A stretch of DNA of 64,000 nucleotides from Azolla caroliniana. Its lineage: Eukaryota > Plantae > Polypodiophyta. Positions 49,916 to 61,021 of the stretch are shown here, in pieces (position 1 is the stretch's first letter; the number at the start of each line of letters is the position of its first letter). Below the pieces are notes generated by a model. It made no database searches. It had not been told where the DNA came from and worked only from the letters and a program-made list of their open reading frames with translations. Where the stretch lies: NCBI GenBank assembly GCA_043228905.1, contig JBHGNT010000021.1, positions 9,920,001 to 9,984,000 on the forward strand, in the 5' to 3' direction. The position numbers and the translations under genes were made by a program.

Positions 49916-50233
49916 CCGGTTCCCTTTATGGTCGGTTTTCTTCATGACACCGGTTTCGGCTCAAACCAAACCGAACTGTTACAACGTGGCTTAACGGTTT
50001 ATTGGTTCAAAAATAAATAAACCGTTTGGTTTGGTTTCAAATGTTATGATTCGGTTTGGTTTCAGTTCGGTTTTCCGATTCCCTTTATGGCCGGTTTTCT
50101 TCATGACACCGGTTTCGGCTCAAACCAAACCAAACCGTTAAAACGTGGCTTAACGGTTTATTGGTTCAAAAATAAATAAACCGTTTGGTTTGGTTTCAAA
50201 TGTTATGATTCGGTTTGGTTTCAGTTTGGTTTT
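49916..50233. repeat. 159-bp tandem duplication spanning the outer end of the C LTR and its flank
   Basis: CCG(G/A)TTCCCTTTATGG...CATGACA|CCGGTTTCGG...GGTTTT at 49916 and 50075, with a few substitutions. Confidence 0.93.
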
Positions 50234-50662
50234 GAATTTCATGGTTTAGCGGTTTCAATTTTTGTGGTTTGGTTTAAAGGTTTATAGGTTAAAAAATATT
50301 CCTAAATTTTCACCTCTAGGCTAACTTTTAACTTTTAATTTTAAACCGCTAGGCTCTAACTTATTAAATTTTATATACATTATAAGTAAAGTGTCCTTTT
50401 GATTCATGATTATCAAATTTATGATAAGTATGATAACCAAATTTATAATATGTATGATGACTAAATTTATAATATGTATGATGACCAAAATTATAATAAG
50501 TGTGATAACTAAATTTATGATAAGTATGATGACCAAATTTATCATGATTTTCTCACATAAATTCATAATATGTATGATAATCAATATCTCAAAAAAATGA
50601 TTTGGTTTGGTTTGGTTTGGTTTCAAGGCCAAGAAATAGAAACCGAACTGAGCCCATTGCTA
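49950..50662. mobile_element. Probable end of a non-autonomous DNA transposon (hAT/MITE-like) into which C inserted
   Basis: Dense AAACC(G/A)/(C/T)GGTTT subterminal-type motifs in both orientations, AT-rich core with a ~24-bp repeat (50405-50580), possible terminus CATTGCTA; the other end is not in view. Confidence 0.5.
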
Positions 50663-51910
50663 GTGCCATATACAAAGTGGCGCATTGCATGTTCATGATA
50701 TTGTTGTTTTGCACCATAGACATGTCTAATGCAAATGGTGGGGCCGTATTTAATATGAAATATTACAATATCAATAATGGTTGAAATCGAAGATGTTCAT
50801 CTAAGAGATGTTGGGTTCTAATCCTGAAAATCCTAGGACAATGCTCATGACACCTACCATGATATTTTATACCTCCAAATGCAAACTCATCTCATTTGCG
50901 TCAAGCCAGAAGACGATGTTACTGAACAATACTTTCACATCTGCACATGATTCTTATATTCAAATAAGGAAGTACATTATGTGTGGTGGATAATTACTCC
51001 TAACTTTCTCTATTTAATGTTATAACTTGGATCTTCTTGAGAGGGGTCAATTTGCAATTACAAGCTCTTTACTTCTAAATTCTAATTTAAGTTGCTTTTA
51101 TAACCATGTACATATTTACAAAAATGGCCTTGGCCAAAATATACAAATCTCTACTAGAAGACGACCAATATTTCAATCTAGATCATTCGGATAACCACAT
51201 ATGTATCTTTCCAGAATTCCAATTGTATCATTTTAACATTAGTTAATCTAGTCATAAAGTTCTTGCCTCGTCAAAGGACTTTATGACTAACTATGGTTGG
51301 TAAATGTTCACCTTCTTTGCTTTGTCTATACAAAGAGGGTTTATACGGCCCATGGGCCTTTACATCTATGCTACACTGCTCCGTCGAGCTTGCCTAGTTT
51401 AAGGCCCTATAAAGCTATTTTTGAGCCAACTTGAAAGTGCGACCCCAACCACTATGAACAAATTATGTCACAACGTTGACAATAACAAAAGCCCGACACA
51501 AATTTGGAGTGTAGGGAGCCCCTTATAGTATCGAACGGGACTCATGCAAATCAAACAGGTCATTGGTATTTCCTAAAATAGTGTGTGGAGTAGCAGACTT
51601 GTCCTGTCCTGTGGGTCGCCGACAATAAATTCCAAGATATATTGAGCCATGTTCTACTGAGGCTATAGTGGCAAATAGAAAAATCGGCATGTCTCGACCG
51701 CGAGAAATCGCAAGCGGGAATGGTACAAAAGCAAGGTTCTATAATCATCCTTTTTGTGGATTATCTACATAATAACTAATGTTTCATTTCATGTTGGATC
51801 TAGTTTACATGTATGTGTTATGTACTGTACACTATGTGTCTCTTAATACTTGGGGCTCTCTTCGAGATAATAATAACTCTCAGGAGCAGAGCAGACATAG
51901 AGATAGAGGA

Positions 51911-52520
51911 ATGGACGCTCAATCTCTGCCCATGACCTTAGCAGGAGGAGGAGGAGGAGTCCTAATCTCCTTGAATTCACGGCTTTCCCCTCTGCCTTCG
52001 TCTTCCACTCGTCTCTCCTCCTTCGCAGTGCCTCTCAGAAAACCGAAATTTCCTCTTGCCATCCGAGGTAAAATCCACCCTACATATCGTTATTTCTTGC
52101 TTGATTTGTTTTCATTTCATTCACTTTATTTTCTCCCCCTCTCTCTCTGTCTCTCTCTCTCTAGCATCATCAACACCAGCAAGGAGGACATGTATTACAT
52201 TCCATGTGGATAACACCAGCATTAAGGTACCATTGTCACAAGATGCAGCAAAGGGTCTATCGAAAGCCATTGATGATGTGCTTAATACATTCCGTGAGAA
52301 GGAGAAAGCTGAAAGACCCAAGAGATGGGAAAGCATGGAGTTTCGGCATGATGAAGATGGCGTCTTTGTTGAGGCCTTTTGTAACCCTAATGCTTATGCC
52401 AACCCTTTCCAAGCTAAGGTATTGATTACTCTTAATGACGACAAGTTAAAGATCTCAACTGAGGGTCAACTGAGTACTATCAAAGCTGAGGTCGACCAAT
52501 ATGTGAAAGCCATTTTGTAA
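51911..52520 (+). CDS. 170-aa protein of unknown function with a probable chloroplast transit peptide; exons 51911-52067 and 52165-52520
   Basis: A GT..(CT)n-AG intron at 52068-52164 joins the two ORFs in phase; Ser/Pro/Arg-rich, acid-poor N-terminus; compact C-terminal domain VFVEAFCNPNAYANPFQAKVLITL...STEGQL. Confidence 0.85.
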
Positions 52521-52663
52521 GCCATCATTGAAGTATCATCATTATTTATTCTATTTAAGAAAATAGTGTGTTCTTGTGTGAGACATTTTATAATCGGCAT
52601 GGCATTGAAGAGCTGTTTTTCTAATTATTTACATGGTTAATACCTTCAGTGGAGAATGGAAGG

Positions 52664-53050
52664 AACATATCCCCTTCGTTATGGCATGTGAAATAATGAT
52701 GGTGTGTTACACTAGATCAAAAGCTCTTGTAGTCATTCTTATCGCAGTCATATTCGAGTATTGTATAGCTTTTCAGACCAAGATTTTAGTAAATCTTATT
52801 TTCTTGCTGTTAATCAAAGATGCTTATGCTAGAAATAGGGTAAAAGATACTGGTTATTAACATATCCCCATTGTTATGGCTTGTGAATTATTGATGTTTT
52901 GTTACACTACATCAAAAGCTGCTGTAGTCATTCTTATCGCAATACTATTCGAGTACTGTATAGCTTTTCAGACTAAGATTTTAGTAAATTTTATGTTTGC
53001 TGTTAAACAAAGATGCTTATGCTAGAAATGGGGGTAAAAGATTCTGGTTG
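52664..53050. repeat. Diverged ~195-bp tandem duplication downstream of the + strand gene
   Basis: AACATATCCCC...GTAAAAGAT(A/T)CTGGTT at 52664 and at 52859. Confidence 0.88.
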
Positions 53051-53198
53051 TCTCCAAAGCGGAGCTCTAAATCCATCCTAAAAGTTGTATAAAGAAGAAA
53101 GAGATTTTGTTATCACCTGAAAAGGACTAAGAGGAAGAATGACAACAAGGAGATGACAATGCCAACCAAAGGATGGTGTAGAAATATCACAAACAAAA

Positions 53199-53815
53199 AG
53201 TGGCCATAAGAGAGCTTTTATGCTTATGTTAGATAGATTCAAGAATAGGGTGATAACAAAGTTTTTGGAGTTGCAATGAGAAATGAGATGCCAAAAGGAG
53301 TTGCAATGAGAAGTTGATCCACTTCCCACTGAGATGATCCAGTGCCAAAGGATAATGTTTGAGTCATCTTGGGGCGAGATAAAGCAATGTTTCCCTAAAT
53401 GGAGAAATCAATGTGAATTTCAGAGAGCTTTTATACTCATGTTAGAAAGGTTCAAGAATGTGGCCATAGGAGAGCTTTTATGCTTATGTTAGAATGATTC
53501 AAGAACAAGGTGACAACAAAGTTTACGGAGTTGCAATGAGGATTAACATGCCCACAAAGAGGCAATGACTATTTCAGAGTGTGATAACTTCCCACTGAGA
53601 TGATCCAGTTGCAAAAGGTAATGTTTCAGTCATCTTGAGGCGACATCAAGCAGAGTTTTCCTAAATGGAGAAACCATGTGAATGACCATGCCAGGATGTG
53701 ACAAATTGATCCAATTCCCACTGGCATGATCTAGTGGCAAAAGGTAATATAGTCATCTTGGGCGAGATAAAACAAAGTTTTCCTAAATGGATGGAGAAAT
53801 CAATGTGAATGTAAT
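53199..53815. repeat. Diverged ~260-bp tandem duplication plus a partial third copy
   Basis: GTGGCCATA.GAGAGCTTTTATGCTTATGTTAGA occurs twice; TTCCCACTG...GATC...AGTCATCTTG...CCTAAATGGA occurs three times. Confidence 0.82.
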
Positions 53816-55187
53816 TTTTGAAGATAACATAATTGTATTATGAGCACATCATGATACATACTTTCTGTTAGAAAGTCCCTAGAGAATGACAAAAATCGCA
53901 ATAAAATGCTTCCTTTTTTGACAATGCCCATCCTCTAACATGGGATATTTAGAACTATTCATACAATCAATGTTTTCTGCCACATAGGCATCATTCGAGA
54001 GACTCATTCTACACATTGTCTTCTTCCTTTACAAACTTGGCAACCATTTGTTCTACATTAATTTATAGAGTTGGTGAGTGGGTATTCCTTGGTTGGCACC
54101 AACAGTACATATTATTGAAAAAATCTGAAATTCCTTCGCCCAATCTTTTGCCCAGATGCACACGATGTATGGCTTTCTCATAGATTTGAGAATTGGCAAG
54201 CATATGTTCACTTGGTACATTGAGTTCTCATGCGTCTTTGAAGATGAGAGAGAGAGAGAGAGAGAGAGATTAGATTAGATTTTTTATCACCCTATGGGAC
54301 TAAATACATATATCTTGTAAATACATGTGCTCATGCTTCTCGATGGAGATTTGAGTATTGACACTATATGCTAAGCATCTGAGAAGTGATGATATAAGAG
54401 AGAGAAATGGGGCAGTTGTGGGGTTTGCTCTAACATTAGGGAACATTTTGATAGCTCAAGCATTGGCACTAATTTATTTATTCTTAAAGCTCTATCTGAT
54501 TATAACTAATGCTATGAAAGTATGTGGGGGCAGCTCTACCTTTGGGCAAACAACTAATAGCTCAAGCATTGGCAAACGATTTCTCCTTCTTTCTTAAATC
54601 TGTCTGATAATATAAGTCTTTGGAAGTATGGAATGTGTTTGCATAGGCATTAGGGTTAAATTTTAATACGCATCAGTCTGTCTGTATCCGATGCATTGAG
54701 AATTTTGGTTGATCTTGGTTGGCATGGGAAAATACTGGACCAAGTGAGTTTTGTTGGTGTTGCTATTTCACCCTCTCAAAGGTCAACTTGGATTTCACCC
54801 TAAACTTGAACAAAACCTTACTATTGATAAGTTCTAGAATGGATTTTTAGGAGAATGGTTTTAAAAGCACTTTTTTCCAACCCTTCGGTATTTCTCAAGT
54901 TTACCAAACATATGATTAAAATCATCAATAAGTCCTACCAAAACATCTTTGTGAGCTTCATAAGTAAACTACCCTACCACAATGCCCTAACCCATTTAGA
55001 TCCTCATGCCAACTCCACGATTGAAAATTAATGACATCTTCAGGTTCCCACCATTAACATAAAGCAGTACTAAAAACAAGTAAAATTGAATACTGCATGT
55101 TGTAAAAGGTGTAACCATGGCAACTAATTTATGTCAAGCTCCACCTATAAACTTGTTAATCAATAAGATAGGCATAAACATATGAGA

Positions 55188-55310
55188 AGTGAGACCTAAT
55201 GCAAGTTCTTGCATAATCCTTATCTAAGTGAGACGTTCTATGCAAGTTATTCTGCAATCCTTGTCTAAGTGAGACATTCTAATGCAAGTCCCTGCAAAGT
55301 CCTTGTCTAA
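55188..55310. repeat. ~40-bp minisatellite, 3 copies
   Basis: GTGAGAC...ATGCAAGT...TGCA...TCCTT.TCTAA repeated three times. Confidence 0.8.
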
Positions 55311-55834
55311 TACAACCAACAGCCAACAGCCACTAAAAATGCCCAAGCAATCAGGAGGGGTTGGATGTGTAGCCTTCTTAGTCTTGATGAGTAATAAGTT
55401 GAGGATAGATTTAAGTTATTATGGAAATGCTGTATGAGTAAGGTTGTGTTCAAAAGATCAAGCCAACAATTATGGGACAAACATTTAAACACAAGTTCAA
55501 TGGGAGGCAATCAGAACATGCCTTAATTGTTTCATGCCACCCAATGTTTTAATGTCTTCTTGGCTTCAGCATGACCCTAACAGTAAACAAAGTTGCTATA
55601 GAACATGGCAGTTACGAGGTAATAATGTACAAAAAGTTGTCTTAATAGCTAATACATATGAGCTATATCAACAATTTTATAACCATCTATCTTACAAGAA
55701 TGTGGCAAAGTAGTAATCAACAAGATTTCTTTCAATAACAGAAATTTAGTGGATTCAGGACGAACTATATATATTTCTATACGAGTTTTCACTCGCAATA
55801 AAAAAATCAATGAATAATCCCGAACACTAATTTC

Positions 55835-58800
55835 CTACAAGCGCGAGGCAAGTGTGTATGTTCTTTCAGAGAGTTGTGTCTTTTCACATTTGCATTCTGT
55901 AAGACTGCTCATGACAAAATTCAGGACAACTGTGGCCAACAACCGTTGATGTTGTCGGAAATAATGATCAGCATCCTCCAGAATTACTAGCTTATGGTTC
56001 TTTATCAATCTGTCAAAATCATTTGCCTCCTCAACACTCACAGTCTCATCCTTGGAACCATGTGCTGTTAAAACCCTAAAACAGATGCAAAAATTCATCA
56101 GAGGATTTTTGGAATAATGCCAATCATTGGCTGACATAAACCATGTTATTCTCACAAATGCCAATAAAAGAAAATTGCTTTTTCATAATCATATTCTATC
56201 TTAAATTTGGTATATGCTCTTTTTTAATAGCTTAGTCAGCAAAATCAAAACATACCGGCAATGTTCTGATATGGAGATCAAGGCTTTTTCCATATTAGTG
56301 CTTAATCGTTCCTTTAGACTATGCTTTGTGACACGGTAAATCAAATTTCCTGTTAGAGATACAGAAAATGTATCATACCATCGGAAGAATTTTATATGAA
56401 AAAGGAAAACTATGTCTCTAGAAAATGAATAGATACCTGATCGATCTTTCACATCCACATAACCTTGTCTCTCCATCACTTCAGAATAATTTGTTCCCAA
56501 ACGCTTACTAATTCCTCTTTCCAAATGAAACCTGCCGCTTATGTTTATGACCATACTCACGTCCTTGTATTTGGACGCATATAAAAGCACCGCATTTCCA
56601 CCTGCACAAAATATGAATTGTATCTTATAGATAGGAATTTTAACATTAGCACCCAAGATCAACAAAAACAAGTTAAATTTCTAAACATGAAACCTATAAT
56701 GGAAATACACCTTTGCTATGTCCTACAAGAACATTGACCTTGGATCCAAAACTTCTTAAATAGCATATAACACATCTGAGATCTTCTGCATCTTCCCAAT
56801 AGTTGCCGTATCGAAACTTCCCTTCACTTTCCCTGATATAAATAATAACATACAAGAATAAATCTATAGTAAACTATAACACATTCATACACAGCATTAA
56901 AGAAATATGTTAAGGCATACCCAGATCCAGCAAAATCAAATCTGAAAGTGCTCATGCCATTTGACACAAAATCTGATGCTAAATTCACAACTACAGCATC
57001 TTCCTGAAGAAATCATTCTCTCTCTCTCTCTCTCTCTCTTGGTGAAAACACACAATTATATTAATAAATGCATGGGAAAAACACTAGTTACAATGGGTGT
57101 CACAATGGAGTATGGTCACCCACTAACTACAGGGGTAGTGGAACATGTTGAATAGCCAATTGGCAACACGAACACTCCACTGAGGACAGAATTTTCACTT
57201 CTCCAATAAAGAAAATTGCCACATCAGTACTCCCTCTCTCTCCCCTCTCTCTCAATCAATCTATCTCTCTCTCTCTCTCCATCTATCTATCTATCTATAT
57301 ACTTATATACTCTGTAAAAGGTATTGTATAATGAAATAAGGAGAATACACGTAGTTATGCATTAACATGGTCACTACAAGGTTCTCCATGGACTAGCATG
57401 CAGGCACTGATCCTCAAGTAGAAGATTATAATGAAACAAACCACCAAAGACGAAGACCGATGCCCGTTCAACTGGTTGATGTACCCAACTGCCATGTTGT
57501 GTATAATAAAAGAATGCATTCTCTCTCTGCCAACTCCTAAAGATGTATCCTGCTCGGATCTCATCTTCTCATCAATCATTTCTACAATACAGATGCGCAC
57601 AAAAGCAACCCCAATTACCCATCGAGAAAGAAGAAAAACGACTTTCCACTAGATGCTACCGTTCCTCTGCATGCCACCACCCAATCTATCATAATATATG
57701 CATCCTTATCTGCTCCTTATGTCCCCCTAGGCCTACTCTCTGCATGTGGGTTGAATCATGATGTTCATTACCCAAACCCAACACCCACTCACCAACATGC
57801 ATGCATATAATTAGATAGGCTACATGAGGGAGATTAAGAGGGATATTGAGTTAAAAAGATAGTGCAGTGAGATGTGAAATTCAGATTATGTTTTATTCAT
57901 CACATTATGTTACTTACCTCACAGGGGATCAAAAAATATGCAGAAGCAAACAATGATAATCAACTAGAGTCACCCTGCACTTTCATATCTGAGGGCATTA
58001 AAGAGCATTCAACTCGTGGTGACACATGCCTTAAGGAAACATCCATCATAATGGAAAATGGAGATGTTATACCTATGGCAGAGAAGAACTGGAGATGGTG
58101 CACTCAGTGTAGTTTGCAATCTTTCCTAAACGGTCCAAATGCTTTTTTCCAGATGTGGTTTTCTTAATATAGGAGTACCACATTACATCGTTCACTTCTA
58201 AAACAATAGGCATTATCAAGATTTGAGTATATATATAATGTGAACTGTCATCTACATCATCCAGTTCATCCATGATCTTGCATTAGCATACACTTCACTC
58301 ATTATTTAGCATTATTACTTACTCCACCAGTGATTAAGCATGAACTTTTACTCCATGCTTCCTCAAAGTACTCACCATCTCGACCCAGTCACCTCCCAAT
58401 CTCCAGTATAGACCACACCTACACCATCAACATTTTCCCACCATATGACCTTCACAGGAACATGCCCCAAAAACCATTGGTGCAACGAGGAACGCAAATG
58501 GATATATCTGTAACTTCATACTAGGTAACCAACCCACAATCAAATCAGAAACCTCACTTCCAAAAACGGCAATCTATGAGGAAGCACAATATTGGGATCT
58601 CTACCATCCCTTCCTGAGCAACGGCTCAGCCACTGCATAAAGATATATTAGAGAACCTCGATTATCATAAAGCCAAATGGGTCACAACTGAATCATTCTT
58701 ATGCAAAGAGCTAGTATCTTGTGCCTCACCAAATTCCGTACAACAATCATCATTTTCTCACCTTACTACCTTCAACTTTTTCATAAAAGGTGGAGAAGAC

Positions 58801-61021
58801 CATCTCCCCTTCAGCAAGGACTAAAAGTGAACACCTCATATATACAGTAAGCAAATTTGCAACATGGCCTCACAGTGAGCTTGAGAACATTGCCTTCATC
58901 TATGGTGTAGCCTTATAGGATCCAATCCTCACATCCATATGTGGATACAAATGAAGCACTATACTCCTATTGTGATATATGATACATAGGCAAAGCTTCC
59001 ATCATGCACGACATCATTCTAGCTGACTGAATTGGCTTCCCCTCTATGACAGTAGAAGCATTGTTCCAGACAATGAACCTAACCTCATCGACATCCAAAC
59101 CATGCTACTTTAAAGAATCACAGGTAAGGCATTCGGAAGCAACATAGGAAGTGACTGAAACCGACATGATTCATGGTAATCACAAACGATGAAGCAGTTC
59201 AACAACCTTATGCTAATCCACACCCTTCTGAGATGATGAAAGGAACATAATCTTGCTGCAAGATCTATGGAAATTCTACACTCAAAAGACTTGGAGCACA
59301 CCGTAAGATATACTACAATAACTATAATGCTCACAAAGAAATACAACTCAGAGTTTCGTCCATTTCCATACCCACCAACTGGTGATTGAAGTAAGACAAG
59401 CACTCCCATACCTAGGGCTGACAATCTTTGCACATTTCTGTAGATGCCCAGCTAATAAGCACATTACATAGAAGTATGTCACACTCTTAGGTAAGTACAG
59501 TACCTTCCAAACAAATGGATAATGCTGAAAAGCATTACTTTGGCTAAGGCTTGCTCAAGGTTCAAAAGGATACAGAATCAACCTTATATTACCACATGGG
59601 CACAGACGCAATCACAAATAATTGACTTCTTCCATAGATCACATCTCCAGCAACATGCCAACTCTCGAGAAGGCACCACTGAGCAAGCAGAAGAATGAGG
59701 TCAGAGAACACAACTGGGATATACTGCACATGGTCCATACCAGCAACTGATCATAGAATTTATTGCTAGCCATTTAGGGCATCCAGATACACTCAGAGTA
59801 ATTTGTCCACCACACCAATCAACATTAGACACCATTTCCCCTAACCAGCACCTATACATAATAGCTCCAAAATTCATGCTAGTAAAACAATCTCAAGAAA
59901 TTTTAACAATTGTAAACCACCACATATATAAACATCATCATCATGGAACCATATTTGTATCACGATGGTCTTATGGACATATTTCAGCCTCTAGTAGAAG
60001 ACAATATTTCTTATTTTCTATCGTTCTCATTTAGCAGCTAGCTTAGTTCTCTTATTTCATCTTTTGCATTTTCTTTCTGCTATGCCATTTTAAAATCCTC
60101 TCCCTACAATAATTGCTGGCCCCATGGGTTGAGTTGGACACCAGTGGCTGTTAATATATCATCATCACCATCTTCCATTCAAAGTGAGAGAGGCAATTAC
60201 CCACTCGGCATTTGCATACTCTGCCCCAAATAACCAATCAGGGGAATGAGGACAAGGAGCATTCTACACTATGATGTGAAGCATTAAAAGCCATCAGACA
60301 ATGTTATCCACGATCAATGACTCAATGTACAACAGCTTCTTCGGCAATATATATGCCATCTACTTGATCAAAACGACTTTAAATATATAAGCCACGTATG
60401 GTGACCTTAAAATGAAGAGGAGACTATTACAATGCTCGTTTTGGGTTCCATAAGCCATGGTTCCAGCCTATTATGAACATTAAACTATCAAAATCATCAT
60501 CTCTCTCAAAAAAAAAAAATAGCATTATGCATCTAAAGTTAAAATGAATTCCATGACCTCTCAATATCTACAATTGGCATTTAAAAAATACCAAAATTCT
60601 TGAACCCCATAACAGGTCATTAGAAAAATAAGGTCTCTCATGCAATCACCACATGAGTTCCAGCCAATGTGTAGCATGCCTTATTCATATACATGCCTTC
60701 ATTTTTCCAGAAAAAATTAGAGCTTTAATCAGAGAGTAAAGCAAAATGAGTGTTTTGCCTCTATATGCACAAACCCTGTGACAGGGACAAAATTGAGAAG
60801 GTCCATCCATCAAGGTTCAGTTGAATTGTACTAGATTTTCATACATTACAACAAAACGTATCTAGAGCCACACAATGGACAACGAAGTAATTTAAAGATA
60901 CCTTAGAAGATTGAAATCCATGACACAGGATGACAATATGGTCCGAGCCAGTTTCTTCCAAGACACCAATCATCTTCTCTCCCCTTGAGTTTGGAATGCT
61001 AAGTATTCGGCAAGAATTCAT
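55835..61021 (-). CDS. Alpha/beta-fold hydrolase (plant serine esterase-like); coding exons 61021-60902, 57003-56921, 56832-56711, 56601-56437, 56349-56256, 56075-55835; true start uncertain
   Basis: GT-AG introns join in phase: ILCHGFQSSK|EDAVVVNL...FRFDFAGSG|ESEG...GNY...LVGHSKG|G (GxSxG nucleophile)...VLTAHGSKDETV...DADHYF (Asp/His of the triad). Confidence 0.92.

Larger units (their letters stand above)
10316..49949 (-). mobile_element. Element C: Ty3/gypsy-type host element, tRNA-Trp primed; 5' LTR 49188-49949; 3' part deleted; interrupted by D and J
   Basis: PBS GATTCACGTTGGGTTCACCA 49164-49183; removing J and D restores in-frame Gag (MRGSELAKAMVV...; MKRLMEEVVARH|AEAIHYSAS); CMWCDAVGHVQKEC zinc knuckle; ALIDHGSETN protease. 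Confidence 0.85.

Noticed and set aside
50321-50632. Hydrophobic Ile-rich ORF resembling a membrane protein
   Set aside because: Arises from an AT-rich ~24-bp minisatellite inside a probable MITE.
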